Assembly: GCA_965367815.1 (NCBI GenBank)
Contig: CBDUKN010000002.1
Coordinates: 96,001 to 160,000 of the forward strand
Reading direction: 5' to 3'
DNA length: 64,000 nucleotides
Source of the DNA: an uncultured Thermoprotei archaeon
GTDB lineage: Archaea; Thermoproteota; Thermoprotei; Thermofilales; B15-G2
The position numbers were made by a program, and so were the translations under genes. Under the pieces are notes generated by a model. It did no database searches, was not told the origin of the DNA, and worked only from the letters and a program-made list of their open reading frames with translations. The first letter of the stretch is position 1; every line of letters starts with the position of its first letter. This document shows, one piece after another, positions 30,995-40,412 of this stretch.

Positions 30995-33900
30995 AGGTAT
31001 AGCTGTACCTATAGCAACGATGTTTATGATTCTGATAATAATACTGTCAATAGCCTTTATGATTTATTTACTGCACCGCGTCAGCGAGATAAGTAAAACA
31101 GGAGTACAAATAGTAAAAGAAGAAAGAGAAAAAATAGAAGAGAATGCCGAGCTTTTTGTAGCAAGAGTCTCTATAAGGAACCTTTCTTGTAATATCACTT
31201 TGGGTCTTCTCAATACAGGTTCAGTTACTTTAACTGCATCAGCTCTGTACGTATTTCTAGTTCAAGCAGGCAACTATACTGAATTATACTCTAAAACAAT
31301 ATCCCTGTCTTCTTCTCCGGGAGAACTTCTATTCATAAATATTACTGACTTACCTTACGTTACTCCAGCAAACACTACATATTATGTATTTAAAGTAGTA
31401 AGTACTAGGGGAAATGTTTACACAGCCTACTGGAGAATATCGACACCAATGGCATATCTCTTTATAAGTCCTCCTCTAATCTACAGTGGCTGTAGAGGAT
31501 CTGCTTGGCTAATAGTTATAAACAATTCGACAGAACCTCTCTTCGATTTAACTGCATCACTTAACTACTCGCCTTCTACAGCCAATATTACAATAAGCAA
31601 TGCTACCCCAAGTACTATAGAAAGACTACCGCCCGGAGCCACAGCTGTATTCTACTGGAACTTTACAGCGCTGTCGCTTGACACCACTAACGTTACATTC
31701 ACAGCTTCTCTTACTTCACTTAATGTTACCATAACATCTAATAAAACTGTAAGTGTTATAGAGACGCCTAAAATATCATCTATTTCAGTTAAAATATTGT
31801 TAAATGAAACATTGTGCCGCTCAGGTTCCTGGGTAACCATGTACATTAATGTAACGAACTTCGGGCCCAATCTAGTCGAAGACGTTTTACCCAAAATATC
31901 TATGATAGGCGTGTGGCCCAACGGCAGCCTCACAGTAAACTATACACTACTAGACACAAGACCACAAACAATAACTCCCAACAACTACACTCTATTTAGA
32001 TATAATCTATCGTGTAGCGGCGCAGGAAAAGCAGTAATATTTGCATATGCCTATGGTCGTGACAATGCTACAGGACACCGAGTAGTTTCAAGCGAAGCAT
32101 CCTCCCAGATACTTTTTGTTAAAAGAGGAGGACTTCTTTCATGTACAATAATCGCCCCTTCAACAGTAATAACTACCTCGACTCTTCCAGGCTACAACAT
32201 AACAGTACTAGTTAAAGTAAGAAATAATGGAGATGTCGAAGTATACAATATAACACCTACGCTGACTCTCTCAGCTTCAGGAGGCATAAATCCAGACGCT
32301 GATATAGTACTAGGTCCAATACCAGATAAAATAGACATACTTCCACCTAACAGCGAAGCAGTCTTCAAGTATATAGTAAATGTTACGGGATCAAGCAAGA
32401 CTAGAGTTACTGTAACGGCATCTATCTTAGGAAAAGACTATTTCGGGACCCTTGTATCTGCTTCAAGCTCAGAAGTACTTTATGTAAGAGAAGCTGCTGT
32501 ACTAGCGAAAATTTATGTAATTTACGAAAAAGGTATAGTACCTTATCCAAGTTCTGTCGATGTGATTAACGGTACTTATGCTTATGCCTCACTTTACGTA
32601 GAACCACCTCAGAATTATTTCAGAGTACCAATATCTATACGGAGCCTTTTCTCTCGAACAAACTTTCCGGTACCTGTATTCATCAATTTTACAGAATTAC
32701 TCCAGTCGCTAGGATATTCAGGAACACTAGATATAAACTCTATTAGAGTCGTAGATGCGACTACACTAAAAGAAATATCTTATAACTATACTTTAGCAGA
32801 AGGATACAATCCTCGGACAAACGCTTGTATGTGGATTGTTTTCCCGATGAATTTAACAGCGTATGTGTCGTCTCGAGTGTATATCTATTTTAATATACTT
32901 GAAAATATTGCCGCTCAAGCTCCCATTAAGTATTACGAAGTAGGGTATATTGATAAAAAAGGTAGGACGATATATGATGACAACTACTATATAGCGTTAA
33001 GAGCACCACATAACTTTTTTTCACCAAACACTCTTACACAGCTAGTATATGGTGACGATGAGGCTACATCAGTATATCTTTTGCTCCCTTTTCCCTTCTA
33101 TAGAAGATTTTACCCCAAAATTGGCGTATGCACAAATGGCTTTATTCAACCCCTAAGATTATTTCAATCACCTAGCACTGAATGGCGTACTGTTCCCTAC
33201 ACAACATACTTTATTCCTGAGAGACAAATAGCCCCCTTTAAGATGGATCTATACTCTAACTCTTCTATGGGAGCATTTTTCGGCGAAATTAATGTATACG
33301 GCTTAAACGGAATATGCTTCTATTATAACTCCACGTTCTACGCAGATAATGTCAGCACAGTGGAATTTGAGGCAATACTACTTTACTCAGGAGATATAAT
33401 TTTTTCATGGAATAGGACTGATAGATTTAACGGCTGGACCTACGACTGTCTTTACTACTATGCAGGAATTTCTCGAGGTGTAGCAAACAATTACATGATA
33501 ATATCGACTAACGACCCTAGCTTATATCCTCCCGTAAAACCCGAAGAATTAACTTCAGTTAACGTAATTTTTACATATAAAAGATCCCTATTAGTCACAG
33601 TAGGTGCTCCCGAAGTAACTTCAAACATACCGTTCTCTATAAACTATAGGGGGCTTTTTAGCTACGTAGTAGCAATAGTTAATAATGATCCAGTAAACAA
33701 GTGGCAAGTGCGTTTTACACTTGACCGCATAGAAACAACAGGACCTGTTCAAAACTTTACAGTAGTAGTCTATAACTCAACATACTCTCACAAAGAGATA
33801 GTATTCGAATATGACAAAATAATCAAATCTCTGTCATCATGGATTACATTAGCTCCTAAAAGCAAAGCCTACGTACTCATAGATATTTCTACTTCGAGCA

Positions 33901-33998
33901 AACTTAAAGTTCAACTATATCTAGAAACAAGAAAGGCTTATCGCGACAACCTATATGGATATATTTTACCATTTACAGTAATCGTAAATACTTCTTAA
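30966..33998 (+). CDS. Large minor pilin/adhesin with tandem Ig-like domains
   Basis: Class III-like signal RNRRG/IAVPIATMFMIL; repeated N.G...V..(P) beta-sandwiches; many N-x-S/T sequons. Confidence 0.75.
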   Translation: MQNTASRNRRGIAVPIATMFMILIIILSIAFMIYLLHRVSEISKTGVQIVKEEREKIEENAELFVARVSIRNLSCNITLGLLNTGSVTLTASALYVFLVQAGNYTELYSKTISLSSSPGELLFINITDLPYVTPANTTYYVFKVVSTRGNVYTAYWRISTPMAYLFISPPLIYSGCRGSAWLIVINNSTEPLFDLTASLNYSPSTANITISNATPSTIERLPPGATAVFYWNFTALSLDTTNVTFTASLTSLNVTITSNKTVSVIETPKISSISVKILLNETLCRSGSWVTMYINVTNFGPNLVEDVLPKISMIGVWPNGSLTVNYTLLDTRPQTITPNNYTLFRYNLSCSGAGKAVIFAYAYGRDNATGHRVVSSEASSQILFVKRGGLLSCTIIAPSTVITTSTLPGYNITVLVKVRNNGDVEVYNITPTLTLSASGGINPDADIVLGPIPDKIDILPPNSEAVFKYIVNVTGSSKTRVTVTASILGKDYFGTLVSASSSEVLYVREAAVLAKIYVIYEKGIVPYPSSVDVINGTYAYASLYVEPPQNYFRVPISIRSLFSRTNFPVPVFINFTELLQSLGYSGTLDINSIRVVDATTLKEISYNYTLAEGYNPRTNACMWIVFPMNLTAYVSSRVYIYFNILENIAAQAPIKYYEVGYIDKKGRTIYDDNYYIALRAPHNFFSPNTLTQLVYGDDEATSVYLLLPFPFYRRFYPKIGVCTNGFIQPLRLFQSPSTEWRTVPYTTYFIPERQIAPFKMDLYSNSSMGAFFGEINVYGLNGICFYYNSTFYADNVSTVEFEAILLYSGDIIFSWNRTDRFNGWTYDCLYYYAGISRGVANNYMIISTNDPSLYPPVKPEELTSVNVIFTYKRSLLVTVGAPEVTSNIPFSINYRGLFSYVVAIVNNDPVNKWQVRFTLDRIETTGPVQNFTVVVYNSTYSHKEIVFEYDKIIKSLSSWITLAPKSKAYVLIDISTSSKLKVQLYLETRKAYRDNLYGYILPFTVIVNTS

Positions 33999-34057
33999 TA
34001 AAGACAAGTAATACTATTTTAAATATATGAGAAAAAAGAAAAATAATGTTACCTACT

Positions 34058-34513
34058 TTATGGCCAAGTAAAGGCTAGCGATGCTTCAGTACCTTTCTTT
34101 GTAACGACTTTAGCTACATAAGTGCAGCCAGATGTATATGTGCCTGATACATCTACAGACACTATATTATCTTCATCAGTAGTTCCGCTAACCTCTCCAG
34201 GACCTAGTTCTACATTAAGATCTGTATTTGCATCAATTACTGTACCTGTAGTAGCATTGAGTATATACGCCGCCTGTATAACAACTCTTACAGATCCTAT
34301 GTTTCTTACGTAGATAGTTACAGTACCATCAGATACTTTAACTCCATCTATTTTGATTTTTTCTTCTAGTTGTTCTGGTTGTCCGCTTTTTTGTGCTGAG
34401 CCTATGTATCCTAGTACCCATAGGTATGTTAGTAGTGCTGCTGTTACTGTGATTACGATGAGTAGGAGTACTGCAATTATTGGGGAGACACCTTTCTTGT
34501 TTAAAACACGCAT
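34058..34513 (-). CDS. Type IV pilin (probable major pilin)
   Basis: MRVLNKKG/VSPIIAVLLLIVITV; SD GGTGA; TATA-like TTATATA upstream. Confidence 0.9.
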   Translation of the reverse strand: MRVLNKKGVSPIIAVLLLIVITVTAALLTYLWVLGYIGSAQKSGQPEQLEEKIKIDGVKVSDGTVTIYVRNIGSVRVVIQAAYILNATTGTVIDANTDLNVELGPGEVSGTTDEDNIVSVDVSGTYTSGCTYVAKVVTKKGTEASLAFTWP

Positions 34514-34595
34514 TTTTTCACCTTGATGTTAAGATTTTTCTAGGGTATATAAGGCTTTCCCTTAAGAATATTACGTCTTTTTCAGTGATGTTTTT

Positions 34596-35063
34596 ATGGG
34601 GAATATTCTTGAAGTTCCGAGGATGCATGGGGCGTATATCCTAGTTACTGCTATTAATTTTTCCTGTAAAGTTAGAGTAGGTTCTCTGGGCGAAGTTTTC
34701 TTAAAGAGAGGATACTATGCTTATGTTGGCTCAGCTATGGGTCCTGGCGGGCTTTTTTGCCGTATTAGAAGACACTTGAGCAGGGTTAAGCGCCTGAAGT
34801 GGCATATTGACTACGTGCTTGAAGTGGGGCGTGTTATATGTGTTGCTTATACAGTTTCTGATGTTAAGTTGGAGTGCGAAATAGCTTCACTTATAGCAGA
34901 GAAGTACTCTATTGTAGTAGAGAAGCTTGGTTCAACTGATTGTCGCTGTAAATCTCATTTCTTTTTCTTGGGCGAGGATCTTGATTCAGTTGAGGTCTTT
35001 TTAGATTTTTTAAAGGAAATTGAGTCTAGGCTCGGCGTTTCTTTTTCTGTTGTTTGGTGCTAG
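34596..35063 (+). CDS. DUF123 / GIY-YIG-family nuclease
   Basis: GAYIL, GYYAYVGSA, RIRRH, WHIDY, GSTDCRCKSH. Confidence 0.88.
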   Translation: MGNILEVPRMHGAYILVTAINFSCKVRVGSLGEVFLKRGYYAYVGSAMGPGGLFCRIRRHLSRVKRLKWHIDYVLEVGRVICVAYTVSDVKLECEIASLIAEKYSIVVEKLGSTDCRCKSHFFFLGEDLDSVEVFLDFLKEIESRLGVSFSVVWC

Positions 35064-35325
35064 GCTTCTTTTTGGCTGCCAGTAATATGCATCTTCCTCT
35101 TACTCCAAGAAGCCTAGCATCTACTTTTTGCGCTAGTTCTTCAGCGAATTTAAATCTATCGAAATTAGGTGCGCTTTCGGCGTAGTTTTTTAGTACTTTT
35201 ACTTTGATTACTTTTCTTGCTTTTAGCTGTGTTTTTATTTCATTTATTACGCTTTCACAGAGTCCTCTTTTGCCTATTCTAACTGTTGCTTTTAGTTCTG
35301 CCCATAGTTTTGATGCTCTTGGCAC
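35026..35325 (-). CDS. YhbY/CRM RNA-binding protein
   Basis: VRIGKRGL...VINEIK..L....IKVK. Confidence 0.88.
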   Translation of the reverse strand: MPRASKLWAELKATVRIGKRGLCESVINEIKTQLKARKVIKVKVLKNYAESAPNFDRFKFAEELAQKVDARLLGVRGRCILLAAKKKPSTKQQKKKRRA

Positions 35326-35363
35326 TTGATGTTTTGGTTTCCGGCTGTAATAAGCTTATCTAT

Positions 35364-35822
35364 TTAATAGAATCTTATGCTGTGTAGGCTCGGTTCTCCA
35401 TGTGCTATGAAGTATTTTACCTGCTTAACTACTTCCTTTACTCTAGTGTTTAAGGGTTTTCCGTATCCTATTCCATTGCATATTTTTTCTGCAGCAGGAT
35501 TTAGTCTCAGTTCAATAGTATTGGGCTTTTTTACAAGCTGTATTGGGAATAGTGAACAGTTCCAGGGATACCATTTGTGTCGGAGAAGAAGTCCGCACCG
35601 GTTTCCTTTTAGGAAGACGCATCCATGGCTATTAGTGTTCATGTAGAAGCATCCTTCTTCTATATGGTAGAAGTTTCTGTAGCCTATTTTTTCTAGGTAC
35701 TGTACTTCGTTGCTGTATAGTTCTAGCTTCCACTTAGTGTAAAGGAAAGCTTTACAGCAGTTTCCACATTTAACGCAGCGGAATTTTATTTTTCTCAGTT
35801 TATCTGATATTATTATTTTCAT
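35364..35822 (-). CDS. YkgJ-family cysteine-cluster protein
   Basis: FRCVKCGNCC, CVFL...C, PWNCSLFP, CNGIGYG. Confidence 0.85.
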   Translation of the reverse strand: MKIIISDKLRKIKFRCVKCGNCCKAFLYTKWKLELYSNEVQYLEKIGYRNFYHIEEGCFYMNTNSHGCVFLKGNRCGLLLRHKWYPWNCSLFPIQLVKKPNTIELRLNPAAEKICNGIGYGKPLNTRVKEVVKQVKYFIAHGEPSLHSIRFY

Positions 35823-35868
35823 TGATGGCTAGTAGTCTCTCAGCGAGTATAAAAGCATTTCTGCTATG

Positions 35869-36870
35869 TTACGTGAAATCTAGCAGACTTTTGCCCTTCT
35901 TGAGGCGCTTAAGGTGTTTTTCTACTCTCTCTTTATTAAATCCTCTCTCTACGAGGAACTCTACTACTTCTTTTTCATCAACAGATCTCCACTCGAAGTC
36001 GTATACCTTTTTGACAGGAGGATTTAAGTAAAATTTCTTTATTTCGAACAGAGCTGGGTCAAGTTTCCATCCATAAGCTTTGTATGCCTTTTCTATATTG
36101 CCGTATGTTTTGATTATTTTTACTGCTTTGACTATTCCTACTCCTTTTACTCCTTTGTTGTAGTCTGTTCCTACAAGGAGAGCTATATCTATTAGCTGCT
36201 CTAATGTGAGTCTATGTTTTTTCAGTACTTCATCTAAGTTGACTAACTCGGGTTCTAGTTCTTCTACTAGTCCTCTTTTAGGATAGTATTTTCTGCTAGC
36301 TACTGCGAAGTTTAGTACTAGTCTTGGTGCTCCAAAGAGAAGTGAATCGTAGTCTTGGCTTGCTACGCTGTAAGCTACTCCTTCCTTGACCATCCACGCT
36401 GCCTGCGCTTCTGCTTCGCTTGGAGCATCTATGTAGGGTACTCCCATTAAGTCAAGTAGCTTTTTAGCTTCCTTTACTATTCTTGGAGTTACTTTAGCAG
36501 TCATGACAGATCGTCTGAAAGCGAGTGCTATGTCTCCTGCTTTTAAGGCTTCTCTGTATTTTTGCTCGAATTCTACTTTAATTCTTTTTCTTTCCTCTAT
36601 AGCTTTCTTCTTGAATACTGGAGGCTCACCGTCGAAGACAAATATGGGTTTTATTTTGAGCTCTAGAAAGTTTACTAGTCTATAGAATAGTCCTACTAAG
36701 TGACTGGTGACGTATCCATCAGGCCCTGTTAGTGGTCTGCCGTCAGGGAGCCTTATTATTGAGAGAAATTGGTAGAGGGTATTGAATGCGTCTACTGCTA
36801 CTATTTTTCCGGAGAAAAAGGATAGAGGTACTCTATGTCTTACTAAAAGGTCTCCTATCTTAGAGCCTAC
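35869..36870 (-). CDS. fen: Flap endonuclease 1 (333 aa, apparent GTA start)
   Basis: Frame open 5' of the tracked ORF: xGSKIGDLL..VAVDAFNTLYQFLSIIR..TSHLVGLFYR..FVFDG; APSEAEAQ, SQDYD, GTDYN, C-terminal PIP-like SLLDF. Confidence 0.93.
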   Translation of the reverse strand, partial: VGSKIGDLLVRHRVPLSFFSGKIVAVDAFNTLYQFLSIIRLPDGRPLTGPDGYVTSHLVGLFYRLVNFLELKIKPIFVFDGEPPVFKKKAIEERKRIKVEFEQKYREALKAGDIALAFRRSVMTAKVTPRIVKEAKKLLDLMGVPYIDAPSEAEAQAAWMVKEGVAYSVASQDYDSLLFGAPRLVLNFAVASRKYYPKRGLVEELEPELVNLDEVLKKHRLTLEQLIDIALLVGTDYNKGVKGVGIVKAVKIIKTYGNIEKAYKAYGWKLDPALFEIKKFYLNPPVKKVYDFEWRSVDEKEVVEFLVERGFNKERVEKHLKRLKKGKSLLDFT

Positions 36871-36926
36871 GTTTTGTCACCTTAAAGAAAAATATTAATT
36901 TGAGTAAAAATATCTAGTGAGCAAGT

Positions 36927-38186
36927 TTAATACCATCCTCTTAGCTTCATTGCAACAGCTACTCGGCGAACAGCTAGGGCCATGGCAGCGTCTCTTAAGA
37001 CTACCTTTTTGTCTAGTCTTGTCCACTCGTCTACTACTCTCTTGAAGGCATCTACCATCTGTCTTTCTAATTTTTCTTTAACGTGGTCTTCGCTCCACTG
37101 AGTCCATGTCCAGTTCTGTACCTGTTCGAAGAAGGAAACTATAACTCCCCCAGCATTAGCCAGAAAATCTGGTATAACTAGAGCATTTTTCTCCTTGAAT
37201 AAGTATTCCTCTGCTTCGGGTGTTGTTGGACCGTTTGCTCCCTCTACTATGAGCTTTGCTTTAATATTCTTCATGTTCTTTGACGTTATTACGTTTTCTA
37301 GCGCTGCTGGTACCAGTATATCTACGTCTAGTTCAAGTAGCTCTTCATTAGTTATTGTCTTCGCGTCTTTATAGCCTACTACGCTTCTCGTCTTCTTCTT
37401 GTGCTCGAGTACTTTCTTGGGGTCAAGTCCATCTTTATTATATATTCCTCCTTTGGAGTCGCTTACAGCTACTATTTTGAAGCCCATTTCGTGAAGGAAT
37501 ATTGCTGTGTAGGAGCCTACGTTGCCGTAGCCCTGTATAGCTACAGTTAGTTCTTCTGGCGATTTTCCTTTAAGAAATTCTTTTACGGCTTCTCTTGTTA
37601 TTACAGCTACTCCATATCCCGTCGAATATACTCTTCCAAGAGACCCTCCGAGTTCAATTGGTTTACTTGTGACTACACCTTTTCTTGAAGCACCAACTAC
37701 TTTTTCGTACTCATCTAAGAACCATGCCATTACCTGCGCATCTGTTCCTACGTCTGGTGCGGGGACATCTACGTCTGGTCCTATGAAAGGAGCTATTGCT
37801 CTAGCATATCCTCGTGTGAGTCTCTCTAATTCTCCTCGACTTAGTTCCTTTGGATTAACTGCTACTCCTCCCTTTCCTCCTCCTAGTGGTAGTCCTGCTA
37901 GTGACACTTTCCATGTCATCCACATAGATAGTGCAATGACTTCCTCCATTGTGACACTAGGATGATACCTTATTCCTCCCTTGTAGGGTCCTAAAGCATT
38001 ATTATGCTGAGACCTATATCCAACGAATACTTTAACAGAACCATCGTCCATTTTAACTGGGATTGATACTCTAATTACTCTCTGAGGATATTTCAATATC
38101 TCTACAGCTTGAGGATCTATTTCAGCTATTTTCGCGGCTCTTTCAAGCTGCTCTACAGCTACTTGATAAGGATTTATTTCACTCAC
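36927..38186 (-). CDS. gdhA: Glutamate dehydrogenase
   Basis: GPYKGGIRYHP, GGGKGG, PAPDVGT, QGYGNVG, EGANGP; likely start GTG 38186. Confidence 0.95.
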   Translation of the reverse strand: MSEINPYQVAVEQLERAAKIAEIDPQAVEILKYPQRVIRVSIPVKMDDGSVKVFVGYRSQHNNALGPYKGGIRYHPSVTMEEVIALSMWMTWKVSLAGLPLGGGKGGVAVNPKELSRGELERLTRGYARAIAPFIGPDVDVPAPDVGTDAQVMAWFLDEYEKVVGASRKGVVTSKPIELGGSLGRVYSTGYGVAVITREAVKEFLKGKSPEELTVAIQGYGNVGSYTAIFLHEMGFKIVAVSDSKGGIYNKDGLDPKKVLEHKKKTRSVVGYKDAKTITNEELLELDVDILVPAALENVITSKNMKNIKAKLIVEGANGPTTPEAEEYLFKEKNALVIPDFLANAGGVIVSFFEQVQNWTWTQWSEDHVKEKLERQMVDAFKRVVDEWTRLDKKVVLRDAAMALAVRRVAVAMKLRGWY

Positions 38187-38372
38187 AATACTATGTGCTA
38201 GCTCAAGCTTATTAAAATACTGTGGCAATTAGAGATAAGACGCTCATAGATAAGCAATTTTTCCTTTTACTAAGTTCTAGTAGTTTATAGTCACTTAACT
38301 AAGCCGAAAGAAAAGTAAGGGCTAAAACGTGAATAAGATAGTCTCCTTCGTTGACATAAATATTAAATGAAA

Positions 38373-38422
38373 TCAGACGAAAATTCCTTCATCACGGCTC
38401 AAGAACCCAACCGCTTCATCAT
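38373..38422 (-). ncRNA. C/D box methylation guide sRNA
   Basis: ATGATGA-AGCGGTTGGGTTC-TTGA-GCC-GTGATGA-AGGAATTTTCGT-CTGA, intergenic. Confidence 0.85.
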
Positions 38423-38471
38423 TTCGGTGTTCTCTACTTTTATTTATAATAACTGCTTAAGTACTTTTCTA

Positions 38472-39266
38472 CTAGAGTTGTATTTTCTTTATAAGACTTA
38501 TTGTTCTCTCTATAGACTCTTCTGGCTGTACTCCGGGCGAAATGTGTTCGAGCGAAATGTATTCCGTATATCCGGCTTTTAGTACTTTAGTCACTGCTTC
38601 TTTTAAGTTAAGCGGCTTATAGTAGATATCTGGAATGTGCACATGTACTATCCAGCTCAAGTATTTTCTGAGTATTTCATCTAAGTTTTCATTTGAACGA
38701 ACTACGTGCATTAAGTCTACCATTACGCGGACATATTTAGACGATATTCTTTCAGCTAATTTTACTGCCTCTTCGGTGGTATTAATGAAATTTGTGTCTT
38801 CTGAGGGTAGAGGCTCTAGTGCTACGATTACTCCACGGTTTTCTGCATATTCTCCGGCTTTTCTAAAGAAGTCTACTGCCCATTCTTCAGCAGTTTTTCT
38901 GGGGACTTCAGGAGGTATTTCTCTTTGCTTAGGGCTTCCCACTACAATTATTTTTGCTTCTAAGTCGACCGCCAAATCAATCACATCAAATGTATGCTTT
39001 AAGGCCTCCTTTCTTTTCTCCTCTGACTTCGAGAAGAGTTTAAGCCCTGGCGGCGACGCGTAAATCCAGTGAAGAGCGCATATTTCAAGGCCCCTTGATG
39101 AAAAAACTTCCTTTATTTTTGCTCTCTCGCTTGTCGACAAGTCTGAGGGTTTTGTGCAGAAAGTGAAATGCGCTAATTCTACTCCTTGGCAGCCTACTTT
39201 CGACGCTACTTCAGCTGCTTTAGTTAAATCTCTTCCTATAATTTCATTACATATACTGAGCTTCAT
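38472..39266 (-). CDS. Sugar phosphate isomerase/epimerase (AP-endonuclease-2 TIM barrel)
   Basis: GSPKQR, ALEPL, DLMH, HVH, SLE; D-psicose/tagatose epimerase-like. Confidence 0.85.
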   Translation of the reverse strand: MKLSICNEIIGRDLTKAAEVASKVGCQGVELAHFTFCTKPSDLSTSERAKIKEVFSSRGLEICALHWIYASPPGLKLFSKSEEKRKEALKHTFDVIDLAVDLEAKIIVVGSPKQREIPPEVPRKTAEEWAVDFFRKAGEYAENRGVIVALEPLPSEDTNFINTTEEAVKLAERISSKYVRVMVDLMHVVRSNENLDEILRKYLSWIVHVHIPDIYYKPLNLKEAVTKVLKAGYTEYISLEHISPGVQPEESIERTISLIKKIQL

Positions 39267-40408
39267 TTTTTCACTTTTCCGATAAGTATTTTGACTGGCA
39301 GAGCGTACTCAAGATATTTTTGCGAGACTTTTGCTTCAATATAGTTTCCTCTATGTATGTATATTCTGTACTTCAGCTTCAGTGTTTCGTCTTTCTGTAG
39401 CTCATAGCATCCTGGGAAATCAGGGAATCTAGATGAGATATTTGGACAGAACATGCCGTAGTCTCTTACATGCCAATGACACGGGTGTCTAATATTATCA
39501 GGATGGTCAAATATAGCGTAGCCAGCTGTCACACCATCTATTATCCCGTAGTAATCGCACCAGTCAGCTCTTTTACCCCATACGTTTTTCTCGTATTCTC
39601 TTCCTTCTGAATCGACTATTTTTCCTCCATCTTTTACGTCTATTTCATCAGCTACTCTCGTCGCGAATATTCCTCCTTCTTTTGTGTCATAGAAGACTAC
39701 GATGTCTTGTAAAGCTTTGAGCATAATTGTGATATCGAGTATTCTGGCTTCAGGCGGTAAATTGTAGGCTTTTATTGTTCTATAGTCCTGAAGCAGGGGA
39801 GTTCCTTCAGGTGTAATCCATTTTGATTTTGTTTCAATATAAGCTAGTACGGGTCCTTCGCTTATTTTCAATACTTCTTCATGGACTATTTTACCGCAGC
39901 CTTCTTTTTCTGCCCAGAAATCATATCCATTTACGTCTCCGAAAGCTACCCATATTGACTTATGGTGAGGGTGGTCTTCTGGAGCAAGTTGAGTTAGAGA
40001 CTTGTCTACTGGCCCTAAGATGGGGTACAAGTATGGTTTGTATCCTTCTTTGTTGTAGACATATTTTGTGAAAAGCTTATCTTCTATTCTGACTTCAAGG
40101 CATTCACTGGTTTCTAGTATTTTGCAGGCACCTGGTGCTTTGAGTGAGGGCTTGTCGCTGTACTCGAACGCTAGCGTGTAGTGCTTTTCTTCATTTGGCT
40201 TAGCTTCATTTTCAATCCAATATATCTTGTACACTGAGTCTGCTAAATATACAGCTTGACATGGTAATTCTTTTCCAGTTTTCTTTTCAGTAAGTTTAAG
40301 TGAGCTTACATCAATGTACTTAGCAGAGGGGAGTTTGAGTAGTGCTTCTAACGGAGTATTTTCATACTGTGTTTTATCAAATTTTACTATAATATTTACT
40401 TCAGGCAA
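39263..40408 (-). CDS. DUF6807 (so-called PmoA family) beta-supersandwich protein
   Basis: KPYLYP, DHPHHKSIW, DTKEGG, WGKRADWCDY, FDHPDN, WHVRDYG. Confidence 0.75.
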   Translation of the reverse strand: MPEVNIIVKFDKTQYENTPLEALLKLPSAKYIDVSSLKLTEKKTGKELPCQAVYLADSVYKIYWIENEAKPNEEKHYTLAFEYSDKPSLKAPGACKILETSECLEVRIEDKLFTKYVYNKEGYKPYLYPILGPVDKSLTQLAPEDHPHHKSIWVAFGDVNGYDFWAEKEGCGKIVHEEVLKISEGPVLAYIETKSKWITPEGTPLLQDYRTIKAYNLPPEARILDITIMLKALQDIVVFYDTKEGGIFATRVADEIDVKDGGKIVDSEGREYEKNVWGKRADWCDYYGIIDGVTAGYAIFDHPDNIRHPCHWHVRDYGMFCPNISSRFPDFPGCYELQKDETLKLKYRIYIHRGNYIEAKVSQKYLEYALPVKILIGKVKK

Positions 40409-40412
40409 TTTT

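Noticed and set aside
27017-34513. Archaellum operon
   Set aside because: No flaH/flaF/flaG or archaellin-length subunits; two separate TadC-like genes fit a pilus
38367-38582. 71-aa plus-strand ORF
   Set aside because: Overlaps a C/D sRNA and the isomerase gene antisense; no motif
39263-40408. Methane monooxygenase subunit (family nickname PmoA)
   Set aside because: Soluble beta-rich protein without TM helices, in a sugar operon
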